From: Catajapyx aquilonaris
Taxonomy: Eukaryota
Assembly: GCA_000934665.2 (NCBI GenBank)
Contig: KZ538709.1
Location: 1 to 52,114, forward strand
Reading direction: 5' to 3'
DNA: 52,114 bases
In this document: positions 24,893-36,146 of the stretch, piece after piece
How the letters are laid out: every line of letters begins with the position of its first letter
Position numbering within the stretch: position 1 is the first letter of the stretch
Position numbers and translations under genes: made by a program
Notes under the pieces: generated by a model
The model's database searches: none
Told to the model about the DNA's origin: nothing
The model's input: the letters and a program-made list of their open reading frames with translations, nothing else

Positions 24893-26627
24893 TACCACGT
24901 GACATAATGTAGGAACAAAGAATACATTTTTTGTGCAAGTCGGCAGTGCAGCAATTCTGAATAATAAATGGATCATGGTAGTTTCCTCGGCCAGATTGAC
25001 AATAGTATAGGCTACTCCAGCGAGTGGACGTTATAGGCCTATTGTCAGATATGAAAGTTCCCGCTCTATTGGGCATGCACGCATTTTCCCCGTTCGTGAC
25101 ACTTGGAAAGAGCCGTAAAATTCGGTTGCAGTTCTAAGTCACTTATCCTGGGCGGACCCTGTATATTTTTTATAATATTTATTTCATGGCCATGTTTAAT
25201 GATCCAACAATTACAACTATACCCACTTCTAGCAATTAATATTTTGCCATCCGGCACATTCTTCCTTGCTTTTATATACGAGCCTAACAACTCGTACCTA
25301 ACAAATATTTTAAACAATAAGCACATACGTATTTTTTTGGTTTTTCCAGGTAGTTGCTGGACAGCCTACACGATGAAACACTTAAGCAGGATGGCCAGGA
25401 TCACGTGAAACTGACGTACACACAGAAAAATAAGTGCATTAGATGCATTTCCTACATATCAGAAGATATATTTACCGCTAATAGCGGTGTTTTTCTGCTA
25501 ATCATGTTAGATCATTGAGATGACCCATGTGGTGATTAAATAATATTTCCTTAAACGGGTTTTTGAAAAAAGTGACCTGTACGATATCTTTTCTGTGAAA
25601 CTGCGTACTCTGAAAGAGAGCAACTTATGCAAACTGTGTGAATGTCCTGATGATACAGTATAAGATATCCATTCATCCAGTAGTGAAACGAAAATTAGAC
25701 AATAAAGTGAATGCGGGCAGAAAGGCTTTTTACTCCTCATAAGGCATTCATGATCGGATTATGTTCGACAGTGATTTTCATTGTTATTAATTTTTTATGG
25801 ATAATTAATACTAATGGAAAACTATTCAACTGAAGAGGCCCTGAAAAATTTCGTGTCTTCGGTCAAGTGTCATCTTTTTATGGACCAATATGGTAGTTAT
25901 CAGGGGATAGTTCATCTAGAATAACTAATATTACAACATTAAGCCCTCACCAGACAATTCGGGTCCAACTCTGTAAGGGCGGGAGATAATAACATGGATA
26001 TTGGGTGGACAAGGAAGAGAATGAAAATGAATGCAAGGTGATTGTCTCCAGAAAAATAGGAAGTTATAAGTATGTGAAGGTCAAGTGGCGAAGCCATCAT
26101 GTTTGAGACATTCTCATCTTCCATAATCAGGCAGAGCATGAGGCCAATTTCAAGCCTGGTCATCACTCACCTATCCTATCATTCCGGATAGATTTCCTCA
26201 TCTGGTTTCGTCTCCAGTAAAATTCCACTAGAGTACACCCACCACCCATCCGCAAAAATATCCACTTGCACCTGAATCTCTCCTCCCAGCCACCCATCAC
26301 TCCTTCGTGAAACACGGTGTGAAACAAATTGTTGAAAAATTGTATACACTTTTCAAAAGGAAAATACGAGTATTTCATTCAGGCAGAAATAGAAAGAGTG
26401 ACGTACGGATACGTATGAGAAGTTACAGTTTTCATCCTGGATATGAGGCTACCCTTCACACAAAAGAGCCACACAAATTGCTCTGAATAGTCAGGATACT
26501 CTGGTGTGGCTCATATTCCAGGTTTACTACTCATGGCCTTCACACTGCGTCCGGACTCCGGAGTTATTATGAGTACGGTACTGATATGCACTTCACATGT
26601 TCCTGTGAATGCGCCATTTTTACCTCA

Positions 26628-26634
<7 letters not shown>

Positions 26635-26683
<49 letters not shown>

Positions 26684-26970
26684 TTCATACCCCGTTATCA
26701 GCCAGCGGCTCTTTAGGGGGGGAGTTCATCCCAATTTTGTTTTGGCTGGTACTCTTTGCTTTCATTTTACTTTGCTTTTTGGGGATAGGATAGGGATGGA
26801 AGGAAGCGGCTGTGGTCTATATTTTTAAGGAAACATACCCCGGAATTATCCTGGGAGGACCGTGGGAAACCACTGAAAACCACGGTCAGGGTCGCCGGCC
26901 CCGGGATTCGAACCCAGGACCTCCCGATTAGCAGTCGGACGCCTTATCCACTACACCAACCTGCTTCGGT
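26635..26970 (-). mobile_element. tRNA-Ser(GCT)-headed SINE, family B
   Basis: A box TGGTGTAGTGG, anticodon arm GACTGCTAATC, B box GGTTCGAATCC; (TTA)n tail; 14-bp TSD TACCTCAATATAAT. Confidence 0.9.
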
Positions 26971-27017
26971 TACCTCAATATAATTATGAAATCATTTCTG
27001 TATTGACACATGTAGCC

Positions 27018-27331
27018 GTTTTTTTGTTTTGTTTTTTGTAATACCCCTTGCCACCCCTTACGGGGTATTCGGGGAGGCCATGTTAGAAGCACCCGGGCCT
27101 ACGGGCAGGGGGACTGGGAGGGGATGTGCAAGGTGCAGTGCATCGACTAGTAAGGTCATTTTGTGAGCTCCCTTGGGTGGCTTAGTGTGTCGGAAATACC
27201 ACCCGAAACGAAGCCAGAGACGACCCGAGAACTCTGCACGAGATGAAGGGGGTGTCCCCGGGTTGGGTTCGAACCCGGGACCTTAACATCCGTGCGCGCG
27301 TACGGTACCGCAGCGCCACTCCGTCTCCCCT
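27018..27331 (-). mobile_element. tRNA-derived SINE, family A
   Basis: Head GGGGAGACGGAGTGGCGCTGCGGTA..GGTTCGAACCC; A-rich tail; 9-bp TSD CATGTAGCC. Confidence 0.9.
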
Positions 27332-27821
27332 CATGTAGCCTGTTAATATAATGTATGACTGATCACCAGACGTAACTGATAGAATTTTCTTTATAGCTGT
27401 TGTGAAGGATTTGCTATCAATCACCGCATATAATATATTAATAATTTATACAGTTCATTATAAACTTCACTACTTCCACACAATCTTATTCCTGGAGGTC
27501 CCTCGCCAAGGTTAGTAAAACTCTTCTAATAGGCCTATCTGCAAAATACTGCTAGCTTGATACACAAGTATATTAAGTGAAACGGAATAACTGTAGCATG
27601 AATGGCAACTTATTAATAAGGCCGGTGAATAATTTTGAAGAGTTATTAATGTTAAGAAAATACCCAAAATGTGATTTATTTGGCTGACTACAATTTTATA
27701 CATGTTGGTGATGTTAGCCTACAATCTGTGCATTGCATAAGAGAGTGCCTTGAGCAAGAACAAAAACCCTGAATTTTGAATTTTTACATTTCCATTTGAA
27801 CATAGACATCCGACGGATTCT

Positions 27822-28220
27822 CTACTCTTCGGGCTTCGTGAAGCAGATGCAGCAAAGGCACTTCAACAGTTTCTCATAAAAATGCATGCGCATATGGGCT
27901 TTGAAAGCAGCAGAGGTGTAGGTGACGAGGTCACAGTCCTCACAAAACAGGGGTAGCTGCTTACGGTGCTTTCGATTACAATGTTTCACCAGTTTTGAAT
28001 AGTCCTCATATTCCTTGGAACAGTGCTGACACTTTCTGATAGGAGAACGAGCAGTAGTCATCCATCGCTGAAATGGAGTCTTCAGCTCATCGGCGCCATA
28101 AAAGTAACTCTTGTCACTTGAGGTGATGTCGACTTTTACGGAATCTGAGCTGACTTCCTCAGCCAATTCAAAAGGTTCACTTCCGAACAACCTGGGCACA
28201 GTGATCTTAGCAATAGCCAT
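27822..28220 (-). CDS. C2H2 zinc-finger protein exon/ORF (132 aa from ATG; two fingers plus a truncated third), possibly a pseudogene
   Basis: CQHCSKEYEDYSKLVKHCNRKH and CEDCDLVTYTSAAFKAHMRMH; acceptor TTCCTCCCATTGCAG directly before ATG; AATAAA on the minus strand at 27675-27680. Confidence 0.7.
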   Translation of the reverse strand: MAIAKITVPRLFGSEPFELAEEVSSDSVKVDITSSDKSYFYGADELKTPFQRWMTTARSPIRKCQHCSKEYEDYSKLVKHCNRKHRKQLPLFCEDCDLVTYTSAAFKAHMRMHFYEKLLKCLCCICFTKPEE

Positions 28221-31218
28221 CTGCAATGGGAGGAACAAGTGTTGATGATGGCTCGATATCAAAATCTGGATACGCCATGTAGTTATACAATTCTAGGCAA
28301 AAGAATGTTGCGAAAATATAATTTCCATAATTGGGGCTTCTATCACATATTCACATTGTACAAAAATTCTCTCTGAGGTACAAAGTGTTTTGAGGCACGG
28401 CCAGGAGAAGCAAGCCGTTCTACAGGCCGTGGCAAACCGTGCTATTTCCTCCTTTCCTTCCTTCTTCGTCAAAAAATGCAGCATCAAAAGGTCATTGACC
28501 CCATGAGTCATATTCAACCCATACTGATACTTATTTATCATAGCCAATTCTTCTGAAATAATCCTTTTAAACTACTCAGCACACAGGTAATGTGCACAAT
28601 GTCCCAAAATTATTGAATCACAACCCATTTCAGCCAATGAACCCCCTTGTCTTCCCCTGTCCATCTAGCCGTGTGTGATGTCATGAGGAAGGAGCGTTGA
28701 ACTGATTATTCCAATCCGGCTCCTCAATATATCTTGCATGGCTATACCCGACTGTATCGTCGTTTATCATATTATTACTAGGCTACCTGTATTTACTGTA
28801 CTTCCTCATTGCATATGCAGAAACTTACTGATCAGAGCAACAATGGTTAGCAAATGCATGGACTTACCTTCTGAATATTGAGATGCGTACACAGAAATGC
28901 CTAATATGTGTCCAGCAGCACTCGAGAAGCACACGAGTGGTCAATCAGTGAAAAAACTAAAATGGAACGGAATCAGTGTGAACATACTTTGTCGTACGTT
29001 CCTGCATTTCCTATACTCACCACATTCCAAATCTTTTATGTCACATGCGTTCCTGGTATCCTAGTTTGATAATATTCATATGCCAACATGCAATTCTAAA
29101 TACAAATACCCTATAATCGTCAATCCAATCAATGGAACGAAATCTGTCCGTGCGCGGCCCAACGCCGGCCCAGTTCCAATGGCCGTGCGAATCAGTGGTG
29201 CCAATAACCAAAGCAGAGTTGCCTCACATATACGGACATACGGTATAGGTGTTACTGTTTGCAAGGGTTTGCGTTGGTTTTAAACGGACAACACAATAAT
29301 TTCAAAATTTTTAAAATGCATAATACATGTTTTTTAAGTTTTTATTATATTAAATGACCTAAAAGTGAACGTTGCACCAAGTTATTAGCCAAAGTGAAGT
29401 AAAATAAACTGGTCAAAGAAATCGATTGTATTGAATTTTGTGCAATGTCTTCCAGTTCAGATGTCCGTTTCAGTTAGCAATTTCTGGCACTAAGCTTCTT
29501 ACTGTACCGGTAAGCAGTTATTTTCCAACAATTGTCAAAAAAGCTATTAAAATTTTCATGTGGTATTTTTCGTAATCCCTAAAATAATAATGATTCCACG
29601 CACCTCATTAATACTCGTAAAAAGCAGCATAGTCAAAAGTCGCATGTTGAAACTGATGGTAAATTTCATTAATAATCCTGTATTACGTAGTACAGTAATA
29701 CGTATATAACAAATTTTTTCGTAACTACACTACATAACTTCTAATATAATGAATGTGGCCTATACCTGATGCAATTCATTGCAACAGGCAGACCTAATCT
29801 ATTTCTTTGTCATCGTAGTTAAACGCTTCTAAGCAGACATTTTCGCACAATTTGCTTCGTAAGAATCATAACTTATTCTCTCACGGCATTGTTATAATTA
29901 TTTTATTGACATATTACCGGTATGTCACTGTAACGTATATATACCATTTCCCGAGAAAGTACTGTATGCTTACATAATTATTATAGCTTAGCTTTCCGCC
30001 AATCTGTGAGTGTACGCGAGTAATAATTAAATCTAGTGACTAGAACTAGTGACTAGTAAATTGAGAAACTAGATTATATACAGTATACTGTATACAGTTC
30101 CAACTACTCACCTCTCTAATATGGCATTGTGGCGACTCATTTCAGCTAAAATAGGTGCCAGGATATCACTTACAATCTTTCATTCTTTCCGCTTTGACCA
30201 GGTCAAGAGATCATCCATAATCTTCTGCCTTCCAGCAGGTGCAGTTATCATCCGGTGTGTCTGAAGATCTTGCCATTGCAACGATTGCATGTAGCTGTGC
30301 AGTTTTGGAGTCGGGATCTGGGGAACGGCTCCAAGTGATCGAGATCTCAGTCATGAATGGGTTATTTGTATTCTGGCTTCCGGTCATTGCCAAGTGTGGA
30401 TTGTCTAATATAAAAACTGACACAAACCATTCCACATGAAACTGACAATCACGATAATGTGATTTCAGCTAATACAACCTTTCTGTTTAAAAACACATTT
30501 CCTTGAAAAATTAAGGCAGACTACAGTTAGTGTATGGCGCCTCTGAAGAACTAATAGTAGAAATGAAAACCTTGAGAATATTAATAATATATTGTCATCA
30601 AATAGATATTTTTTCGTTAATTTATCTTCTTCTCGTCCCTCATCCTTATTCGAAGACCTTACTAAGAACATCTGGTTGCTGGCTAATAAACATAATTCTG
30701 CTCAGATCTACGTTAATTTTTTATCAATTTAGCAGGCCTCATATTAATATTATAGTCATCAAAAAGCGTCATCAAACAATAAGGTCGTCACTAGAGGACT
30801 GACGACCTCATTGTTGGTACCATGGTAAGGTATGTTTTTTTGCTTTCCAGCTTTGACAAGGTACGAGGTTTGTTTTTAATGCTCCCGATAAAAACATGCA
30901 TACCCCCTCACCCCTCTATTTTCAGCCAAAAGTCGTAGAAGGTGTCCGAAAACGACAGAGACATTGTCCCGAGTAAGTCAATAATGGCAGAAAATTTGAA
31001 CTTCAAACTACTACAGCAGACCCTCATTAATAAACCACTAGGCTGTTATAGAGCCAAATGTAGTCCGGATGCATATCCAGGTCAGTCATAATCACTCTTC
31101 ATTTCCAAACCTCAGCGCGAATTTTTCAAATTGCAGTGAAGTGCATATGATTATTCAGTGTACGTGATTATGTGAAACAGGCATGATTGCATCATATGCC
31201 ATGAATTCGGTGCTAAAT

Positions 31219-31662
31219 TTCAGACTTTTTTTCATCATCGGAAAAAAGTATTATAGAACGGCTTTGTCTGTCCGTCCGTCCGTGGACAGGTATCAGGGCC
31301 TAAACCGTAAGAGATAGCGGCAAATTATTTTCGGATTCCGATTAGGAGTGACCAAAACAGGTGTCATGGTCAACTTCCGGTGACCCGCCACTTCCGGTTT
31401 TCCGGGTTCACTATATCCGCACAAGTCTACTTTACGGGTGGGTTATCGTTGGATTTCTAAATTAGTTTCCCTGGGTTCCTGACCAAGTGTGTCGGGGATT
31501 TACACTGGGTTTTACCTGACGCTCTGGAACAAGGACTGTGTAATTAATTCCTGAAGTTGGACCGGTTTGCCATGCAAGACCTCGACCGTTTCATACTTGA
31601 AATAATTAGAAAAAGTCTACTATAATCACCCTCACTTGTCCGGAACAAGGTTCACTATTTTT
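31219..31662 (+). mobile_element. HINE/DINE-1-like (Helentron-associated) element
   Basis: Short sub-terminal inverted repeats AGACTTTTT (31222) / AAAAAGTCT (31610-31618), (GTCC)n microsatellite, 3' stem-loop CTTGT-CCGGA-ACAAG, T-rich ends; homologous copy at 46225-46483. Confidence 0.7.
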
Positions 31663-31811
31663 CAACTACGCGGACTTTCTGCAGCCATTTCCACCTAGTG
31701 GTCAGGATGAGAAGCTTGAGACATCTCCGTTTGGTGTTGCCCCCCTGGTGCTCATCTGTGGAACGTCGTTGTCTTGCAGCTGCTTGCACCTTGCAGTGTA
31801 TCTATCCAAAG

Positions 31812-31954
31812 ATGGCTGAGGGTACCCCTGAGAGCGAGTTAGGCAGCTGCGATTGTTTCCAAAATTACACGGCTTCAGAAGTGTTCGTGCATGGATTGGC
31901 CGGAGTCGTAAACCAGCAAGATGTGGAGGCGATGATTAGGGCTCAAAAGCAGAT
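31812..31954 (+). CDS. KXD1: KxDL motif-containing protein 1 (BORC subunit 4), coding exon 1
   Basis: MAEGTPESE..ASEVFVHGLAGVVNQQDVEAMIRAQKQ; donor AT|GTAAGA joins exon 2 to give QKQMLQRFEKTNEML. Confidence 0.95.
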
Positions 31955-32233
31955 GTAAGAGGTCTTCGAGTTTTTTTGGGGGTTCGTGTGATATGTTGCG
32001 ACAGTTAAGGGCTGCACTCATATGAAGTTATGCACAGTGTTTGTGAGTTGAATAGTGATACACTGGTCACATGTGCTATAAGTCTGGAGATGCATGCGAC
32101 AAAATCACCTGTGTGATCGATGCGATTTGAATGCATGCAACAATGTCCTGAAAATAGTAGTACATATGCTGGAATGACCATGTGCTGGAGATTATAAGAG
32201 GCAAGGGGTGCCAGGTGAAATGGATATTATATT

Positions 32234-32571
32234 AGTAATAATAATAATTGGGGTTAGTGCATCGCCCTGGTGGGCATCTAGCATGTCACCTTTATTTGCT
32301 TTTTAGGTGTACAGCTACATTTTTTTGGTCCTTTTCCGTAACGCCCGGGTACCGCGAGCGATAGGGGATGACAGGAGGGGATGTGCAAGTGCAGTGCAAT
32401 GCTGTACGAGGTCATTTTGTGAACTCCCCCAGGTGGTTTAGTCTAAGGAAATACCACCCAGAGACGACCGCACTCTGCACGGAATGAAGGGGGTGTCCCC
32501 GGGCGGGATTTGATCCCGGGACCTTAACATCCGTGGGCGCGCACGTTACCGTGGCGCCACTCCGTCTCCCC
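32234..32571 (-). mobile_element. tRNA-derived SINE, family A, in KXD1 intron 1
   Basis: Same head and body as 27018-27331; (TTA)n tail; 13-bp TSD TGGATATTATATT. Confidence 0.9.
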
Positions 32572-32752
32572 TGGATATTATATTGTATTACATCATACCC
32601 ACTTCCTTTTCATATTTTTATTGGACCAGGTTATAAACCAATGCGAAAAATTAGGTCAGGAATGAATTCACCACCTTTTAATGGAGGGGAACTCCTGGAA
32701 AAGGGTCACGAAAACCTTACCTGCCACAGAATATGACCAGGTTCCTCCAAGC

Positions 32753-33105
32753 CAGGGCTTCCCAAACTTTTTTCGCCGCGTACCCCTTTTTAAATTTGTC
32801 AAGACAATTTGTACCCCCATTTTCATCCTACCATATAATTTATAATACGTAGTAATTGTGAGCACTAATTACCAGTTAGTGTGATGGCTCTGGTTGCTTG
32901 CTGGCGCACAAGTGGTCAATGTTTGGTATACAAGTGACGTCAATTTGAGTCTCAAGTCGTTTTCCACAGTCAGTTGATAGGTTTGTTTTTCCCATAATTT
33001 TTTTTTCCATTTTTCCCCTACAAATGTAGACAACGGACGCCATTGCACGAAATCTTTCGCGTACCCCCAAAATTGTGTTTGCGTACCCCAATTTGAAAAC
33101 TGCTG
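32753..33105. mobile_element. hAT (Charlie-like) MITE in KXD1 intron 1
   Basis: Ends CAGGGCTTCCCAAA / TTTGAAAACTGCTG, subterminal GCGTACCCC repeats, 8-bp TSD CTCCAAGC / CTCCAAGG. Confidence 0.85.
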
Positions 33106-33373
33106 CTCCAAGGCAACAAGCAAAATAAACACAAAACAGATAGGATGTATGGATGAGTCACAGATGCGAAGTTATTAATGGAATTGCAGGAGCGAAGGTG
33201 CTCACAAGTTGTCAAGATTATGCTTCAAAAGATAGTGTACATTAGAACTGCTTGTGGACTTTTAAAAGATGCGAACAGATGCTGTGAAATGCACAGTTCA
33301 AAAACCTGGAGGGGGGTCCGAAACTTTCCGTCCTGTATATGCTATTATGACTGATATAAATGCTTGTTTTCAG

Positions 33374-33573
33374 GTTGCAGCGTTTTGAGAAGACCAATGA
33401 GATGCTTGTGAACTGCAATGCTCTTTCGGCTAGCAGGGTTCAAACAGCGGCGCAAGAACTGCGTCGCCATACTCAGTTATTGTTGGAGATGCGCAAGGAC
33501 CTCGATTCAGTCTTCAAGCGGATACGAGTCTTGAGGACCAAGCTTCAAGGACAGTATCCACAAGCCTTTACGG
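33374..33573 (+). CDS. KXD1: KXD1 coding exon 2
   Basis: Acceptor TTGTTTTCAG; LQRFEKTNEMLVNCNALS..MRKDLDSVFKRIRVLRTKL..YPQAF, the diagnostic KxDL domain; donor G|GTAAGA. Confidence 0.97.
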
Positions 33574-33628
33574 GTAAGAATGAAGTTTTTGTGCAAGATA
33601 TTGTCAAGGTGATAGATATTTTCAACAG

Positions 33629-33849
33629 CAGTGGCAGCAAACATGACATTGAAAGAGGAAGAGGAGGAGGAGCCTGCTGAAACCAAAGTTGAGCAAGAAG
33701 GTGGAGTTGATGTGGTTCCTGAGTCAAGTGAGAAAGAGGACAAGCATGAAGAAAAGGAACCAGTGTCAAAGGACAGGGGCAGTTCTTCTACGGACAGTCC
33801 AAATAGCAATGCAGGTGATAGTTCTCCAACATCATCTGACACTGGGTGA
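33629..33849 (+). CDS. KXD1: KXD1 coding exon 3 (acidic, Ser-rich tail)
   Basis: 55-nt intron 33574-33628; spliced CDS 143+200+221 = 564 nt, 187 aa; AATAAA at 34278-34283. Confidence 0.9.
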
Positions 33850-34676
33850 TGGCCCAGAATATGTGCAACTTCTTGTGATGATGACATAATAATGCAAGGG
33901 AGTTTCCAAAGGACTGAGTGATATGAAGTACATGTGCTGTATTAAGTGGCACTACAGTTGGTGGATTGTCATATTGCAATTGATTCTAAGACCAATATTG
34001 GTGGACATGAGCCAAATTAAACTCTCTTAATGGCTTGTACTCGCTTTGGCTGTCTATATACTAAATTGGAACTCTCTTAATGGCTGCAATCATAATTTAT
34101 GAGTTGTCTGTCTCACATGACCTAATATGAGAGTCACTGTCAATTGCATTTCAGGAATCCCTAACGGTAGTGTTACATACCAATTGTGAAATTAGTTTTT
34201 CAATGGCATTCAATGATTTGAGGAATTGGATTTCTTGCAAGTGGTGTTAAGACTCAGGCTATCAAGATATCTTAAAAAATAAATGATTGTTACATGATGG
34301 CAAACATGTGATGCTTTCTTTTAGAGCTCAGTGGATGGGAAATTGCTTTAATACATGCATTTAGCTCATGTGATGCTTCTCGAACTGCATTAATTTACTT
34401 TCCGTAACTTACATAGTTACATGGGTTCACGTAAAATATATCGTCATTGCATTTACATATGGTTTTAAGTGTAGGATGACTTGGCAGTGAACCTCTGCTC
34501 ATGCCTATTGGGATCGTGCTTGGCCATAGTGTTCCCACCCACCAAGTCACTACAAACTTGAGCTAGGGCAGCTCAAGTTTGTAGTGACCAACAAGGCTTC
34601 CTTTATGACTAGTACCCAACATTGCTATATCATTTTTAGAACTGACCTTTAGTATCCAGGAATTTAGCAAATAATT

Positions 34677-34925
34677 GAATGGGTTAGTGCCATAACGTGC
34701 TAAGCCACAAAACCTTCATTCTGAGATATGGGCTTTCAAAAGTTTGGCGTAATATGGCAAATCATACAAAACAAGGAACTTGATTCGTGATTTTCTCGTG
34801 ATCTATGGGGATTTTTGCTAACTACGTGATGCCCACTTGTGAAGCACGATGGTGGGACTTTCAGACACGTGCAAGCTCAAAAAACACAAAAGTGTGGCTT
34901 AGCACGTTATGGCACTAACCCCTTC
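34677..34925. mobile_element. Sola1-type MITE
   Basis: 32-bp TIRs GAA(T/G)GGGTTAGTGCCATAACGTGCTAAGCCAC; AATT TSD on both sides. Confidence 0.8.
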
Positions 34926-35617
34926 AATTCTTAGTCTATTCTACACAAGTAAACAGAAGTGTCATTGATGAAGGCTTGCCAGAGCAACAGGGTTAAACTT
35001 GCAATCACTTTCCCAGTCCACTAATATGCTCATGTTCTCAGGAGCTTCTCTTACATTTCAATTCAAACTACCCATGACTTGGCAAGATAATTCACTCTGC
35101 ATGTGCAAAAGTTGTTCAAGTTCTTCGATCATCTTCATGTTTTCCTTCACCTCATGATCTACTCTGATACCACAGAGCTCTGCTTGTTGCTGTGTACCCA
35201 TCCTTGCCATGATAACTATGACATAATTGGATACCCCCAGTGACACTTAGAAAGGATCTCCTTCATTATCATTTTTTCCTTTGACATGTCAATTTTTAGT
35301 TGGAGTGGTTCTTAATAATTCCATCTGAGGAAAAGTGAAATTCAGTTTTGTTCTACCGATTCAGGTTTTTCACCAATTCGCATTTTAAATTTTCAACCTT
35401 TCAATATTTTTTAAACTTCAGATCACGACAGGACACACAAGGAGTGCCAGATGATATTTATTTTAATTTTTCAGGCAATGGTAGCTTGTGACTGATTTTT
35501 TGAGATGTCAATTGCTCATTAAAACTGTAACTAATGATATCCTGTCTATAATCATATCCTCTTATTTTATTACCCCATTTGAACTTGTGTGACAAAGTCA
35601 TTTTATTAAATAAAATA

Positions 35618-36146
35618 CAGGGAGTTTCTGAATTCAGGCGACAAACTTGTAGGGGTAATAAAGGGGGCCAAGAAAAATATTTTTCATATAGGTACCCGTG
35701 TCCGGAAACGCCATCTAGAGGGGGTTCACAGACAAGGAACGGGTGCGCTTAGATGCGTCAGGCAGTCGGAGCCAGCAATCAGACCGTTTAGTTGCTAGGT
35801 GGCGTGCAGATAGTAAACAAAGGTGCTATTTAGCCATAACCTGGCAACAACAGTGCCACCTAGCAACTAAGGCCCGATTGGTAGGTAGCCTGCGGATAGT
35901 AAACAACGCCTCTGTTGTTGCCAGGTTATGGCGAATCGCGACCCTGTGTACTATCCGCGTGCCATCTAGCAACTAAACAGTCCGCTCGCTGGCACTGACC
36001 ACCTGACGCGTCCGAGCGCACTCGTTCCTTGTCTACTGACCCCCTCTAGATGGCGTTTCCGGACACAGGTTCCTATATGAAATGTGTTTGTCTCGGCCCC
36101 CTCTATTACCCCTACAAGTCTGTCGCCTGAATTCAGAAACTCCCTG
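35618..36146. mobile_element. Tc1/mariner-type fold-back MITE
   Basis: TA|CAGGGAGTTTCTGAATTCAGGCGACA..TGTCGCCTGAATTCAGAAACTCCCTG|TA; arms pair for about 200 bp. Confidence 0.9.

Noticed and set aside
26880..26970. tRNA-Ser(GCT)-like sequence (also at about 41870 and 46660) and other tRNA-like heads
   Set aside because: No acceptor stem or long variable arm; each continues into a SINE body, tail and TSD.
28293..28295. Programmed read-through or pyrrolysine at the in-frame TAG upstream of the zinc fingers
   Set aside because: No read-through context (TAG AAT), pyrrolysine is not used by eukaryotes, and a splice acceptor at 28221 offers a simpler explanation.
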